This document shows, in pieces, positions 61,700-64,000 of a stretch of DNA of 64,000 bases (position 1 is the first letter of the stretch; every line of letters starts with the position of its first letter). The notes below the pieces were generated by a model. That model did not search any database. It saw only the letters and a list, made by a program, of their open reading frames with translations, and was not told the origin of the DNA. The translations under genes were made by a program, and so were the position numbers. This DNA is from Camelus dromedarius (Eukaryota): the NCBI RefSeq assembly GCF_036321535.1, contig NC_087437.1, positions 75,642,001-75,706,000 on the forward strand, read 5' to 3'.

Positions 61700-62500
61700 A
61701 CAGCTTCCTGGTTTTTGATAGAGTAGGCACCTAGAATTCACTTCTCTGAAACTCAGTTTCCCTGAACATTGTCCTCAAGTTTGCATGTCCTGCTTCCAAA
61801 GCTGGGCAATCATGGCATCATTGTACACCTAGAGGTCTTGCTAGGAATTTGTAAGTCATTCTTGAGCCTTCCTCGCCTTCACCACCCACACTCAATACAC
61901 CAAATCCCAGTGAATCTAACTCCAAAACACCAAGCCCATGTTCTTCCTTCCACTTCTGCTGTGGCTTCCTCACTTCACGTCCTGATGATTTCTATGTTCT
62001 CACTGGGCTTGGCTGTAAAAGCCTTCTCACTGGACTTTCTACATCCAGCAGAGCCACCTCACATGGGGGCAGAGATCTAACATTACACACCCCTGCTTAA
62101 AATTCTTTCAGGGCGCTCTGTTGTCTACAAAGTGTAGTCAAAACAGGGTGGACAAGCTCCTCCCTGCTCCGACCCTGCCTCCCACCACACAACCCTTTTT
62201 GCACTTTGTGCTCTGGTTATACCAAGTCACGGGTTGTTTCCCAGAAAGACTCTTCTGAGATGTCATATCTTCACGCCTGCAATTTCCTTTGTCTAGAACT
62301 TTGCTGCTCAAAGTGCGGTGCATGAACCAGCAGCATCAGCATCACCCAGGAGATTATTACTGAATCCGAATCCACATTTTAACAAAATGCCCAGGTAGTT
62401 CTTATTCACATTAAAATTTTAGAGTCCTGCCTAGAATGCTGTCTCCACCTACTTTGTCCATCTCATTGGTTTTCACTCTAGAGACCTAATGTCCTCTTCT
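61700..62500 (+). mobile_element. L2 remnant with a MER5-like insertion (~62300-62430)
   Basis: ccctgcttaaaattctttcagg; tgctgctcaaagtgcggt..accagcagcatcagcatcacccaggag..cattttaacaaaatgcccaggt. Confidence 0.7.
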
Positions 62501-64000
62501 TATGTATTAAAAAATTAAACTGCTCTGTACTATCTTGCAATAAACATCGTGGATAACACATCTACACTCATAATTTTTAAAAATCCAATATAATACTTTA
62601 ACTGTATATGAAAAAAATGCAAGTGGTATAGAATATGATTTGTTTCTGTGTGTAAATGCTTGGGTACAACTACACTCAAAGATATAACAAAGTAATGAAA
62701 TGTTTGCATGGAACTACTGGGGATTGACAGATACAAATGAAGACTGATTCAGGTATATTGTATTGGTGACACAAATACCGGGAGCAATGAGAAAGTAATG
62801 CGACTGTTTAGGATGGTGTGTGACTCCTGGCAAAATTCCCAAAAGAGCAAAACGTAATCTTTCTTTGATCCATAAGGGAGTTGTATTCCTGGAAATGCAG
62901 TTTTTATTAAAACTATGCAAAGTTTACTTTCTGTTTATATGTGACATGAGTTGGGTTTGGGGCTCAGATAATTATAACCAGATTTTCACCTAGATGAATG
63001 TCTGGTAGGACACTCAACCATCATGTTGGATGCAGAATGGGTCTTTGTTATTTAGAACCAAACCACGCAGAGCAAGACCTCTAGCATCTCTGGCCTTCAT
63101 CCACTAAATGCCAGAGCTGTCCTCCCATCAATGACCACCTATAATGCCCCCTAAGGTTTTCAAACTCCTGAAGGGACAATACCTTCTGAGAGCTATTGGC
63201 TGGCCTGATCCACTCTAGCGCTGCCTTTAAGCCTCCATCACCCTCATCACAGTCCCCTCTCAATCCCTGGTGCCCCCTGGCTCTTTCCGTCCATGACCCT
63301 TGGCTCCCTTGAATGTAGTTCTGGTCCAGCCTCTTGCAGTGCAGGAGGAGGTGTGAAGGGCAGAAATGCTCTTAATCACCTTCGTCCCTGCCCAGGAGCT
63401 CACACAATCTCAAATGGAATAAATGCTCGACAAAGGTTGATGAATAAATGGTTTAAAAGACAAAAAACAAAATACAAAGAATAACTCAGAGTATGTAGAT
63501 TAGAGATATTGTCATCCATAACAAAGGAATGTTTTCTGATCTATCTACTTTATCCTGACATGACAAAAAACAATGCTCTTCTCAGAGTATTCGAAATGAA
63601 TATCATGAGGGTTTTCCCCGCTAATATATTGAGTATAGCACTTGGGCCTTGAGGAAATGTACCACTGAAAAAATATACTCCTTTAGTTCAAAGGTCTTGA
63701 ATATATTTGTACTTTTAGGGGTGGGTTGTGAGGATGGTGATAAAAAAATTTAAAAGGATTTGCTTCTGACAGTTGTAATAGTTAAGAATGACAACATTTA
63801 CATCTGCCTGATTCTCTGTCCCAGAGTATGCCACAGTTCCTGGTGTGTCTAGGCACGTAATACACGTTTGTTGAATGAATGAATGCACGCATATATAAAT
63901 GAAACAATCTATATTTCCATTTGTTCTGAGCTTCGGAATTTTTATTAAAATTACTAAGCTTTAGGGAAGTAAAATATGTTACAGAAAGCAACCACGAAGG

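Overview
Mammalian genomic DNA, most likely a camelid. The evidence is a tRNA-Ala-derived Vic-1-like SINE, camelid-type L1 3' ends, and no Alu, BovA, PRE-1 or Can-SINE seen by eye. Bases ~1.2-6.7 kb hold the last five coding exons of IFT57 on the + strand, all with GT-AG junctions and splicing in frame to the stop at 6694. The remaining ~57 kb contains no recognisable protein gene. By established synteny it is the intergenic interval running towards the CD47 5' end; CD47 itself is not in the window. It is a mosaic of interspersed repeats: Tigger1, MER44, several hAT MITEs, MLT1/MLT2/LTR16/LTR33, one solo ERV1-type LTR, L2/MIR/CR1, and many 5'-truncated L1 copies with readable target-site duplications (TSDs). 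Repeat subfamily names come from recalled consensus sequences and need Dfam/RepeatMasker confirmation. I found no convincing novel gene system. The most notable unexplained structures are: a perfect 23-bp inverted repeat behind the IFT57 stop; an old local duplication with a 27-bp invariant core, each copy followed by IRF-type motifs (EICE in one, GAS plus a perfect ISRE in the other); a perfect NF-kB site inside a MER81; an orphan CpG island; and a solo LTR with an intact TATA box pointing towards CD47.
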